A program made the translations under genes and the position numbers. The notes beneath the pieces were generated by a model, which was not told where the DNA came from, made no database searches, and saw nothing but the letters and a program-made list of their open reading frames with translations. A stretch of 64,000 nt of DNA, from the IMG/VR virus record IMGVR_UViG_3300046535_001869, positions 45,300-109,299 of that record, one strand, 5' to 3'. Of this stretch, positions 45,418 through 54,528 are shown in pieces. Source of the stretch: a virus. Each line of letters opens with the position of its first letter. Positions within the stretch are counted from its first letter, which is position 1.

Positions 45418-48122
45418 AGTCCGCCACCGTAACCCGACTCCCCGGGACCCGGCGCCAGCGCGCCGCGAAGGCAGCTCCGTCGATCTCGCAGCAGGCGGTC
45501 GATACCTCAGCCCAGCGGCGCCAGCGGCGCGTCGACCCGTTCGCGATGCCCCACCATCCGCCCGGCGTGATCCCCGCGGGCGAGGGTGGTTCGAAGATCG
45601 CCCAAGATTCCGCGATAGACGAGGCTTGGGTCTGGGCGCAGCAGTCGTTCATCAACAGCGCGGTCGCCGAGGGCACGACGTTCCTCGGCTACGCCGCGCT
45701 CTCGATCTTGGCCCAGCGCGCCGAGTACCGCGTCATCTCCGAGGAGATCGCCTCCGAGATGGTCCGCGAGTGGATAGAGCTGAAGGCGGTCGGAGACGAG
45801 GACAAGACCGAGCGGATCGCTCAGCTCAACGCTGAGATGGAGCGGCTCGATGTCCGCGCGGCGTTCGAGCGCGGCGGCGCGGTCTACGACGGACTCTTCG
45901 GCCGCGGCCACGTCTACCTGGATACAGGTGACTCGGACGATCGCGACGAGCTGAAGACCCCGATCGGCGACGGGTGGAACTTGATGAGCCGGTCGAAGAT
46001 TGGGCTCGAGGGCCACAATGGCAGGACTGAGACTAAAAAGATCCTCGCCCTGCGCCCGGTCGAACCCGTCTGGTGCTATCCGACGACGTACGATTCCAAC
46101 GACCCGCTGAAGCCAGACTGGTATTGCCCGACGACGTGGCACGTTATGGGGAAGGAGGTCCACGTCTCGCGCCTGCTGACGTTCATCGGTCGTGAGGTTC
46201 CTGACCTGTTGAAGCCCGCCTACTCCTTCGGCGGCCTCTCGATGTCCCAGATGGCCAAGCCGTACATCGACAACTGGCTGCGCACGCGCCAGTCGGTCAG
46301 CGACAAGGTGGCCTCGTTCAGCGTCCGCGGGATCAAGACCCCTGGCCTGGCGGCCTCGCTCAGCGCCGGGGGCGACCTAATCTACAAGCGCGCCGAGATC
46401 TTCAACAACATGGTCCAGAACTCCGGGCTGATGCTGCTCGACAGCACCAACGAGGAGTTTTTCGAGGTCGCGACGCCGCTCGGCGGGCTCCATGAGCTCC
46501 AAGCGCAAGCGCAGGAGCACATGGCTTCTGTGAGCAGAATACCTCTTGTCAAGCTCCTGGGCATCACCCCGTCCGGCCTGAACACCTCGACCGAGGGCGA
46601 GATCCGCTCGTTCTACGACTGGATTGCTAGCTTCCAGGAGCACCTGTTTCGCAAGAACCTCCACGCGGTCATCGGGTTCCTCATGCTCGGGCTGTGGGGA
46701 GAGGTGGACCACGGGATCAAGTTTGAGTTCAAATCCTTGTGGCAATTGGACGAGGCGGCCCAGGTCGCGGTTGAGAAGACCAAGACAGACATCGACGACG
46801 CGAATGTCGCGATGGGTTCGGTCAGTCCCGAGGAAGTTCGCAAACGGATCGCTCAGGATCCATCCTCGACCTATGCCGGCCTCGACCTCGACCCGGACGA
46901 GCTCCCCGAGCCGCCCGGCGGCGAGATGGAGATGGGCGAGCCAGGATCGGAACTGATGGGCCATAATGGCGGCCCAGAGCTGAACGACGAGGGTGAGGTT
47001 CGCTCCCCACCGTCGCCTGGTGCCCCAAAGGGCGCGATCCCCGGCGCACGCAACCCGCGTGATAACTCGCTGTCCGTTACCTCGCGCGCCGGCAACCTCG
47101 CCTCCCCGACCGGTGGGTTCGGCGGTGATTCTTTAGCTGAGGAGGTTCATGTCTATCTTGAGGCTGTAAACGACTCCCGTCACGCTAATGACAAGTGGAA
47201 TGAGAGCGACCATCCTCGAGGCAATCCCGAGAACTCCGGCGAATTTACCTCAGGAGGCGGTGGCGGTAAAACAAGTCATCTTCATCCATCAGAAGGCAGC
47301 GGAAAAGAACGCACCGCGGTTGGTGGTGGGGGCCTTCCAGAACATATCGTTAGTCTGGCGATACCCCCTGCATGGACTGACGTGAAATACAGTTCGGATC
47401 CAAAAGCCGACCTTCTGGCGGTTGGTCGTGATGCAAAAGGCCGCGAACAGCGAATATACTCGGATGCATACCACGCGGCCCAGGCTGAGGCTAAGTTTCG
47501 ACGAATCTCCGAACTGAGTGACAAGTTCAAAGATATCAAAGCGCAGAACGAGGAGCTGCGGAAATCGCCCGATAAACGTGTCCGTGATTCTGCTGACTGC
47601 ACAGCCCTAATCATGTCGATGGGTATCCGTCCTGGCGGGGAATCGGATACTGGCGCCGATAAGTACGCTTATGGTGCGACGACGCTCAAAGGCGAGCACG
47701 TGGTTACCGAATCTGATGGTTCGGTGCGCTTGAAATTTGTTGGCAAGAAGGGCGTTGATCTCGATCTACCGGTCGAGGATCGAGGTCTCGCGCATATGCT
47801 GGTATCCCGGGCACGCAGGGCCGGCGCGAGTGGGCAGATCTTCCCCAGTACGAGCGCCGGTGCACTCCTTGGGCATGTTCACACGTTGGACGGTGGTGGG
47901 TTCAAAACAAAGGATTTTCGGACCCTGCATGGCACCAGAACAGCGATCAAAGAAGTTGCCCGCCAACCGGTACCGAGGTCGGCCTCGGCCTATAAGAAAG
48001 CCGTGCGATCAGTCGCGGCAGCGGTTGCAAGAACATTAGGCAATACCCCGACAGTCGCGCTACAATCATACATCAACCCCGTTGTTTTTGCCCGATGGAG
48101 ATTGGCAAGTGGCGCAGCATGA
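45414..48122 (+). CDS. Portal protein (DUF1073-like) fused to C-terminal DNA topoisomerase IB
   Basis: Portal: FLGYAALS, VHVSRL, YSFGGLS, IPLVKLLGITPSGLN. TopIB: IPPAW, GRDAKGR, GIRPG, FVGKKG, KDFRT, LGNTPTVALQSYI. GTG start overlaps the upstream stop. Confidence 0.9.
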   Translation: MKSATVTRLPGTRRQRAAKAAPSISQQAVDTSAQRRQRRVDPFAMPHHPPGVIPAGEGGSKIAQDSAIDEAWVWAQQSFINSAVAEGTTFLGYAALSILAQRAEYRVISEEIASEMVREWIELKAVGDEDKTERIAQLNAEMERLDVRAAFERGGAVYDGLFGRGHVYLDTGDSDDRDELKTPIGDGWNLMSRSKIGLEGHNGRTETKKILALRPVEPVWCYPTTYDSNDPLKPDWYCPTTWHVMGKEVHVSRLLTFIGREVPDLLKPAYSFGGLSMSQMAKPYIDNWLRTRQSVSDKVASFSVRGIKTPGLAASLSAGGDLIYKRAEIFNNMVQNSGLMLLDSTNEEFFEVATPLGGLHELQAQAQEHMASVSRIPLVKLLGITPSGLNTSTEGEIRSFYDWIASFQEHLFRKNLHAVIGFLMLGLWGEVDHGIKFEFKSLWQLDEAAQVAVEKTKTDIDDANVAMGSVSPEEVRKRIAQDPSSTYAGLDLDPDELPEPPGGEMEMGEPGSELMGHNGGPELNDEGEVRSPPSPGAPKGAIPGARNPRDNSLSVTSRAGNLASPTGGFGGDSLAEEVHVYLEAVNDSRHANDKWNESDHPRGNPENSGEFTSGGGGGKTSHLHPSEGSGKERTAVGGGGLPEHIVSLAIPPAWTDVKYSSDPKADLLAVGRDAKGREQRIYSDAYHAAQAEAKFRRISELSDKFKDIKAQNEELRKSPDKRVRDSADCTALIMSMGIRPGGESDTGADKYAYGATTLKGEHVVTESDGSVRLKFVGKKGVDLDLPVEDRGLAHMLVSRARRAGASGQIFPSTSAGALLGHVHTLDGGGFKTKDFRTLHGTRTAIKEVARQPVPRSASAYKKAVRSVAAAVARTLGNTPTVALQSYINPVVFARWRLASGAA

Positions 48123-48321
48123 AGAAGATCAAGATCAGTTACCGGAAATTCATTTCGGCACCGCAACTGCTAAGCCGACCGTGAACTGGCGGGATGAGGA
48201 GTTCGACGATCCGGATCCTGATGATGACGAGGAACTAGCCGAAACCCCGGCCGATGTGATTAGCATGCTGGGATTTGATCCCCTGGACGACGAGCCGGAT
48301 GAGTCTTCACGTTCACTTTAG
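48109..48321 (+). CDS. Very acidic small protein
   Basis: EEFDDPDPDDDEELAETP...MLGFDP; overlaps the TopIB end. Confidence 0.65.
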   Translation: MAQHEEDQDQLPEIHFGTATAKPTVNWRDEEFDDPDPDDDEELAETPADVISMLGFDPLDDEPDESSRSL

Positions 48322-49747
48322 AAGCTCGATCGATCCTGGCCGAGCTCGCCGGTTCGCTGGTCTACTTCAAAACCATGTCGGAGTCTTAGAGGAAGGCAAA
48401 TATCTCCGTGATCCCGCCGGCACGCTATGGCGGGTGCGTGAGGTCCGCCGGGTTGTGGCGCTGGCACACGACGGCCTGGCAATGGATGAGATCTCCTGGA
48501 AAGAGGAGGAGCATCCCAGGGCGAAGAACGGCGAGTTCGCTAAGTCCTCCGAAGTTAGCCAGCACATAAAGGGCACACTCAAGACTGCCGGATATACTCC
48601 TTCCAAGTTCGGCGGGTATTATCATTCATCTGGTCACCATGTAAGAATTATGTCCCCCGAGGGCGGGCAGAAACTGTCCTCAATCTGGGAGCACCGGCAT
48701 GGGGGGACAAACAAGTTTGCCCACGGTTTCGGTTCGCCGAGTTTGTTGGCATATTTAGACAAAATCAAAAAACAGCCCGAGGCGAAGACTGAGACTCCAA
48801 AGGTCGAGCCAAAGGTCGAGGCTGAGATCTCGAAGACCGCGATAAAGCTTCCAAAGAAGCCTGGCCCCATCACCTCGCCCTCGAATGCGCATAATCAGAA
48901 GCATCTCGATACGTTAGAGGCACTGGCCCTCGCAGGGAAGTGGGACGCGCTCCTCGCGTACAAGAACAAGCTGAAGGGGAGTAATGGCTACGCAAGAATG
49001 ATCCAGAAGTACGGCGACGAGTTGCTTGCTGCCCGGTCGCAGACCGGGGAGGTCACGAAGAACGAACTGAAAACCACGCAATCGTACGAAGATGGATTAG
49101 AGTTCCACGCGACAGATACTGTTAGTGAACTCTTTCAATCTCGTGTGAAAACTACGTGGAGTATGTTACCCGAAAGCGTGAAGAGTGCGGTCGTAAAAAA
49201 CGGCACGCAGGTTCGCATGGGATTTTCTACAACGGAGGTAATGCCACATCTTAAAGATATGGCACCAAGAGGTTGGCCCAAGGGGAGCACCTGGGACATG
49301 GCGGAGGGACTTTATAGTCCATCTATAAACTCCGTAGTAGTGTCTGAAAATCTCTATGATAGAAGTCTCCGGGAATTTATTCCAACGCCTCGCGCCAAGG
49401 CGGTATTACGGCACGAAATAGGTCATGCATACGATCGTGCTTTGGCGAATAGTACAGATCCAGGGGTCGAGTATTCTCAGTCGCAGAAGTTCCGCGAAGA
49501 CTATAATGATGATTACAACGCAATGGATTTGAAGGCTGGTAGATATTCTGGAATAGGTTATTATCTGCAAGAGGGCAATGCTGGACCGTCCGAGACATTC
49601 GCTGAGATAACTGCCCAAGTTATGGCAGAAGTGGGAAGCGAAGGGGTCCTTGGGACCGGTGGCTCTAGTCTAGTGTTTTTAAAGGACTGGTTTCCAAAGA
49701 CATATGCACACATAAAAACCCTAATCATTGGAGAGACCGAGGCGTGA
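48299..49747 (+). CDS. Putative virion cargo protein with C-terminal zincin metallopeptidase
   Basis: LAMD-EISWKEEEHPRAKNGEF tag; LRHEIGHAYD (HEXXH) and SETFAE. Confidence 0.8.
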   Translation: MSLHVHFRSSIDPGRARRFAGLLQNHVGVLEEGKYLRDPAGTLWRVREVRRVVALAHDGLAMDEISWKEEEHPRAKNGEFAKSSEVSQHIKGTLKTAGYTPSKFGGYYHSSGHHVRIMSPEGGQKLSSIWEHRHGGTNKFAHGFGSPSLLAYLDKIKKQPEAKTETPKVEPKVEAEISKTAIKLPKKPGPITSPSNAHNQKHLDTLEALALAGKWDALLAYKNKLKGSNGYARMIQKYGDELLAARSQTGEVTKNELKTTQSYEDGLEFHATDTVSELFQSRVKTTWSMLPESVKSAVVKNGTQVRMGFSTTEVMPHLKDMAPRGWPKGSTWDMAEGLYSPSINSVVVSENLYDRSLREFIPTPRAKAVLRHEIGHAYDRALANSTDPGVEYSQSQKFREDYNDDYNAMDLKAGRYSGIGYYLQEGNAGPSETFAEITAQVMAEVGSEGVLGTGGSSLVFLKDWFPKTYAHIKTLIIGETEA

Positions 49748-49953
49748 AATTGTTTTTCATTACTAGCGAGAACGAGATTACCGTTGAAGGTTACATGAAG
49801 GGTGACGACGGTACGGTCGCTCAATACCATGATGTCATCAAGCCCAAAGGTAATGTCTTCGATGTTCCTTATGAGGAACTATCGGTTCACAAGGCCGGCG
49901 AGATCGAAGTTAACGACGACGGCTATATAATTCATGCGTACACTGATGCTTGA
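49744..49953 (+). CDS. Small acidic protein (candidate peptidase inhibitor)
   Basis: GTGA-coupled to the peptidase; same low GC. Confidence 0.55.
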   Translation: MKLFFITSENEITVEGYMKGDDGTVAQYHDVIKPKGNVFDVPYEELSVHKAGEIEVNDDGYIIHAYTDA

Positions 49954-50488
49954 TTCCATCCTCAACCACCCCCGCTACGCCCCTTACCACGGCTGGCACG
50001 ACGATCACCGCGCCGCCGATGGCACCCCGGCCTATCTCCCAGCGATGCAGCAGGTCCGCGAGGAGTTCATCGAGTTCCTGCGCGTCGTCCCCGAGCGTGG
50101 CTCGTGCCTACAGCTCGGCCTGGGCGAGTGCGACGCCTCCCACGCCGTTTGGTGCAGCCTGTTCGCCCACGTCGTGACGATTGACTGGCGCGCGTGCTTG
50201 GTTAACGAGGATAGCTACCCAGGCGCCGATACACGATCGCGTGAGGCAATCACCCTGGCCGTACGCTACGCGCCGTATGACCTAGTCTTCATCGACGCTG
50301 GTCACTCGTTCGTCGACGTCCAGCACGACTACCTCCACTACCGCGAGATGCTGCGCCCCGGCGGGATCGTCGCGCTTCACGACGCGCTGCCGCGCCCGAC
50401 CTACCCCGAGGTCGAGGTCCATAAGCTCATCGCGATGCTGCCCGGCGTCAAGATTATCGGAAATGAGGTGGGGATAGCCTGGTTATGA
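49946..50488 (+). CDS. Class I SAM methyltransferase (Methyltransf_24-like)
   Basis: LQLG, YDLVFIDAGHS...D...LRPGGIVALHD. Confidence 0.8.
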   Translation: MLDSILNHPRYAPYHGWHDDHRAADGTPAYLPAMQQVREEFIEFLRVVPERGSCLQLGLGECDASHAVWCSLFAHVVTIDWRACLVNEDSYPGADTRSREAITLAVRYAPYDLVFIDAGHSFVDVQHDYLHYREMLRPGGIVALHDALPRPTYPEVEVHKLIAMLPGVKIIGNEVGIAWL

Positions 50489-50646
50489 TCATCGAGATCC
50501 TGTTTGTCGTTACCATGTTCCTGTGGTTCCTGACGAGGGTGCCGCATCCGTCGATCGCTCAGTTCGAGCCAGCTGGTGGCTACCTCGCGTTCGTCGCGGT
50601 CCTCCTCCTGGGCATCGCGGTCTATATGCCAGGACTGGGTCGCTGA
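50485..50646 (+). CDS. Small two-TM membrane protein (53 aa)
   Basis: Manual translation MIIEILFVVTMFLWFLTRVPHP...YLAFVAVLLLGIAVYMPGLGR; coupled at both ends. Confidence 0.65.
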   Translation: MIIEILFVVTMFLWFLTRVPHPSIAQFEPAGGYLAFVAVLLLGIAVYMPGLGR

Positions 50647-51812
50647 TCCGCCTCGTCTCCCTCGGCGGCACCGGCGACGCGTACCTCATCTGCGCGCTGG
50701 CGAACCATGTCCGCGATAAGTATGGCGACGACGTCACGATCGCCCTGAAGGAGACCCAGGCTGCGATCCCGGAGATGTTCGGCCTGCAATACGACCCGCG
50801 CCCCGTAGATGAAATTCGCGACGTAGAGCGCGACGGGACGCTCCACCGCGAGTACGAGAACACCCTGGGTCCCGGCCGCGTCTTCTACGCCCACCCCTGC
50901 TTCACGCGCTCCGGCGTCCGGATCGACGAGCTGACGACGCTGCCGCACGCCATATCCCAGGCGGATATGTACCGCGCGCTGCTCGGCCTACCGCTCGATG
51001 CGCCTCTGGCGCTTCCGAGACTACCAACCCCCGAGCCGCGCCCTAACACCGCGGTCCTGCTCACCGAGGCCGTCTCGTGGCCAAACGACCAGCCGGCCTT
51101 CTGGACTGCCTTAGCCGGCGCCCTTCGCGTTGGCGGCTGGAGCGTGGAGATACCGGGTTCTTCCCCATCCCTGGAATCTCTTCTATTGCTCGCCGCCAGC
51201 GCGGAGATGGTCGTTGGCCCGCAGTGTGGAGTGATGTCGATCCTCGTCGCCGCCGAGTTCCCGTGCCGCAAGGTCCTCGCCACGCCCTCGATCGACGAGG
51301 GTTCGGGTTTCCTGGTCGGGCGGACGCTGCTCAAGAAGACATACCCGTACGCCTACGTGACGAAGTTCACCGGGCAGGACTATGACGTCGAGGAGTATCG
51401 GGTCCGCGCTGAGACTCATGGCGAAATCATCGCCTCGATCCTTGTGGCTCCGCGGACCCCGCGCGATCCGCGTCCGGTAACGACCGTCGAGATGCCGCTG
51501 ACCCCCGGCGACTTCCTCGATCGATTGGCGGTTCTTACGGTCAAAGTTCGGCGTGGACTTCTACTGGCTAGCCGTGAGGCGAATCGCTATGCGGAGGCGC
51601 TTCCCGAGGAATGGCTTAGGCTCTTGGCCTCGTTGGTGGATCTCCACGAGACGACCTTCGACCGCCTCGCCACGGACGTCCCCGATGCGCTAGAGAATAA
51701 GTGGCGCGACGACCACGTCGCCGTCACCCTGAACCGCCAGCGGGTCGAGCTGAAGCGCGCAATCGACGACGAGCTCCGCGCGCCGTACCGCGAGGTCAAG
51801 GATTACTATTGA
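50643..51812 (+). CDS. GT9 (heptosyltransferase-like) glycosyltransferase with C-terminal DUF6165-like domain
   Basis: LGGTGDAYLICAL; SLESLLLLAASAEMVVGPQCG; PGDFLDRLAVLTVK...NRQRVELKRAID...EVKDY. Confidence 0.65.
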   Translation: MIRLVSLGGTGDAYLICALANHVRDKYGDDVTIALKETQAAIPEMFGLQYDPRPVDEIRDVERDGTLHREYENTLGPGRVFYAHPCFTRSGVRIDELTTLPHAISQADMYRALLGLPLDAPLALPRLPTPEPRPNTAVLLTEAVSWPNDQPAFWTALAGALRVGGWSVEIPGSSPSLESLLLLAASAEMVVGPQCGVMSILVAAEFPCRKVLATPSIDEGSGFLVGRTLLKKTYPYAYVTKFTGQDYDVEEYRVRAETHGEIIASILVAPRTPRDPRPVTTVEMPLTPGDFLDRLAVLTVKVRRGLLLASREANRYAEALPEEWLRLLASLVDLHETTFDRLATDVPDALENKWRDDHVAVTLNRQRVELKRAIDDELRAPYREVKDYY

Positions 51813-51997
51813 TGCCGCGCTGGTGGCCCACATACTTTACCAACGCCGATCGCGCGCTGCTCTACCGTATCGCGGCTGATCAGGGCGAGATCCTTCGTCT
51901 CCTTCGCACGTTGATCGACCAGAATCGAGCCACCGGGATACGGGTCGAGCTTGGTACCCCCACCGATAAGTCGGACAACCATGGCAAGAGCAGCTAG
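51812..51997 (+). CDS. Small protein with LGxPTDK tail
   Basis: MPRWWPTYF...ATGIRVELGTPTDKS. Confidence 0.65.
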   Translation: MPRWWPTYFTNADRALLYRIAADQGEILRLLRTLIDQNRATGIRVELGTPTDKSDNHGKSS

Positions 51998-52412
51998 TCA
52001 GAGCGTTCAGACGACGATCCCCCTAGATCCGAATTCGGATCTGCGCGCCGAACTCGTTGCGGCGCTCGACGTCCTAGAGCCGCAGATCCGGGGTCTAACT
52101 GATCTCAGCTACATCCCCGGGTCACCCGAGCTGGAGACGTTCGTCGCGGCCCAGCTGGCGGCCCATCGTCGTCGGCGCGACCTGATCAATGCGGTCATCG
52201 GCGGGCTCGACTCGGTCATCATCGAGCGTACCGAGCTGGAGACCGACGGTTATCCGACCACGTCGACCGTTGCGATACCGATCAACGTCTTCCGCGAGCT
52301 TACGAACCAGGTCGACGATCTTGAGAAGGCCGCCTCGGTCTTCGAGGCGGAACCGGCGCCGACCGTTAGCGTTGCGCTCGGTAGTCCCACCGACAAACCA
52401 GAAGGAACATAG
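51981..52412 (+). CDS. Helical protein with LGxPTDK tail
   Basis: ...APTVSVALGSPTDKP. Confidence 0.7.
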   Translation: MARAASQSVQTTIPLDPNSDLRAELVAALDVLEPQIRGLTDLSYIPGSPELETFVAAQLAAHRRRRDLINAVIGGLDSVIIERTELETDGYPTTSTVAIPINVFRELTNQVDDLEKAASVFEAEPAPTVSVALGSPTDKPEGT

Positions 52413-52414
52413 AC

Positions 52415-52750
52415 ATGGCACAGCTCACCACTCGCCAGATGGTTCACGCCACCCTCGCAGTCACCAAGGCCGATGGCTCGGCCGGTCAGGTTGAGGCCGG
52501 CTCGGTCGTCTGGGCCTCCTCGGACGAGACCGTGGTTCTCGCTGCGCCGAGTGCCGACGGAATGGAGGCGGACATCAGCTCCGTTGCACCGGGCGGTCCG
52601 GCCCGCTTCACGGTGACGGCGGACGCCGACCTCGGCGCCGGGGTGGTGAACATCATCGGCGTCTCGGAGGACATCCTCGTGACGGCCGACCCCCGCGACC
52701 AGGCCTCGATCATCAATATCACGCTCGGGGCGCCGACCGATAAACCGTAA
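52415..52750 (+). CDS. Ig-like (BIG-type) protein with LGxPTDK tail
   Basis: VVWASSDETV, FTVTADADLG; ...ASIINITLGAPTDKP. Confidence 0.75.
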   Translation: MAQLTTRQMVHATLAVTKADGSAGQVEAGSVVWASSDETVVLAAPSADGMEADISSVAPGGPARFTVTADADLGAGVVNIIGVSEDILVTADPRDQASIINITLGAPTDKP

Positions 52751-53550
52751 TGCCCCGCGCCAGGACGATCGCCCCGGTCCGCCCGTCCGCGGCGATCGAG
52801 GCGCTGTACCGACGTCGGCTCGATGCGCTTCTCGACGAGATGCACCGGAGCCTGGTCTATTGGATCAGTGCCAACTACCGGGCGAACGAACCGGAGATCG
52901 CGAAGCTGGCGACGGATGACAGCCCGGCAGCCAACCTCCGTTCTGCCTTCCGGCGCTTGGCACGTCGGTGGACTAGCCGGTTCGATGATCTTGCCGCAGA
53001 CCTCGCGAAGTATTTTGCGACCCAAACGGCCCAAAGAAGTACCTCGGCGCTCCAGTCGATGCTGAAGAAGGGCGGGATGACCGTTCGGTTCAGGATGTCC
53101 CGGCCCGTCAACGACATCGTCAGCGCAGCTGTCGGAGAGAACGTCTCGTTGATCAAGAGCATCGCCCAGCAGCACCTGACCGCGGTTGAGGGGCACGTGA
53201 TGCGCTCAGTCCAGACTGGGCGCGACCTGGGCACGCTGGCTAAGGAGCTCCAGGACCAGTTTGGGGTGACGAAACGTCGCGCGGCCCTGATCAGTCGTGA
53301 CCAGAACAACAAAATGACTGCGGTCGTTACTCGCGCGCGGTTCGTCGAGCTCGGCGTTCAGGAGTGTCAGTGGGTCCACTCGTCGGGCGGAAAGGTTCCT
53401 AGACCATCGCACGTCAAGGCGGGGAAGGAAAAGACGAAATTTGATCCAAAAATCGGATGGTTCGATCCAGCAATTGAAAAATACATTTGGCCAGGGACAG
53501 AAATAAATTGCAGATGTGTAAGTCGACCAGTTATTCCTGGTTTTTCTTAA
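52750..53550 (+). CDS. MuF/SPP1-gp7-like minor head protein
   Basis: ENVSLIKSI, RAALISRDQNNK, WVHS...RPSH, PGTEINCRC. Confidence 0.9.
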   Translation: MPRARTIAPVRPSAAIEALYRRRLDALLDEMHRSLVYWISANYRANEPEIAKLATDDSPAANLRSAFRRLARRWTSRFDDLAADLAKYFATQTAQRSTSALQSMLKKGGMTVRFRMSRPVNDIVSAAVGENVSLIKSIAQQHLTAVEGHVMRSVQTGRDLGTLAKELQDQFGVTKRRAALISRDQNNKMTAVVTRARFVELGVQECQWVHSSGGKVPRPSHVKAGKEKTKFDPKIGWFDPAIEKYIWPGTEINCRCVSRPVIPGFS

Positions 53551-54404
53551 CTCTTCCATAAGTCCAACCTTCTGGTATTACATCGTTAGACATTAGCTTT
53601 TTATTGCGTTTTCCATTATTAATCCATAGAAAACCTTTCTTAATATTACTATTGAATGGAACTCTTCCTAATTTCCAATTTTCTGGTACTGTTTCATTAA
53701 TATCGATACGATGATTTATTAACTAACTCAGTCGCCGATATATCTCGATTGATTATTCCGTTAGTAATTTTGATGATAGATCCGCGGGTAAGCCGGCTTT
53801 TAAGAGCGGATTTTCTCCTAGATTCAGGATTAGGCAAAGTTCTGATGATTAATCCTGCGTGTACTTTACTCCAATATTCTATTGATGCTTGAGAACAAGA
53901 TTCACGAGTCTTCGCAGAGTGGGTCCAACCATCGTCGTGTCGTTTTTCCCAAGATAATTTAACTGAGCTACTGGTCTTTTCTCGTTGCTCTTCAGTTGCT
54001 ACGTGACTCGCGCTGGCTTCTGATATCTTTTTCTTAGATTCATCTGTATGCTTGTAGCCCAGAGTTATTTGATTACCGAGCATCGCTTGAACCATTGCTC
54101 TTCTAGCGACGGCATATTGCCAGGATGATATAATTCGTTTTCCATATTTGTTGTGGGTCATTAAGCGAAGCGCCCGGCACATTTTCTTTTGATTTTGGCC
54201 GCTAGTGCATTTTGTAAGTAACCAATGAGCTAGAAAATGTTTTCTAAATGATAATCTAACTACCTCTTTGTTATTTTTTCTTTTGAATGATCTAGGAATA
54301 GGATGATGTAGCTCGGTATCAGATCCTACGTCACTTTTTGAAAGTATTTGCACGTACCGACGATAGTACTTGTTATCGACGAGCATTTCTGGATCAAATC
54401 GCAT
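53531..54404 (-). pseudogene. HNH/NUMOD3 homing endonuclease-like gene with a frameshift in its C-terminal repeats
   Basis: ELHHPIPRS, HFLAHWLL, HTDESKKKIS; TNG..PEGW..GR repeats continue in another frame after ~53720. Confidence 0.65.
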
Positions 54405-54528
54405 CTTGCCATGCTCCGTGCCAGGGATCGACGCGGCAATTTCCCTGGCAAGAGAGAAGTTTCAGTGTTGCAACACCTAGCCGCGTCGGTACGAAGCATA
54501 CCTCACTTACCTTAAAAGGTAAACAACA

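Noticed and set aside
45414-46900. Portal as an anti-CBASS Acb1 nuclease (a label often attached to DUF1073)
   Set aside because: Position and motifs fit a portal; no 2H phosphoesterase HxT motif pair was recognised
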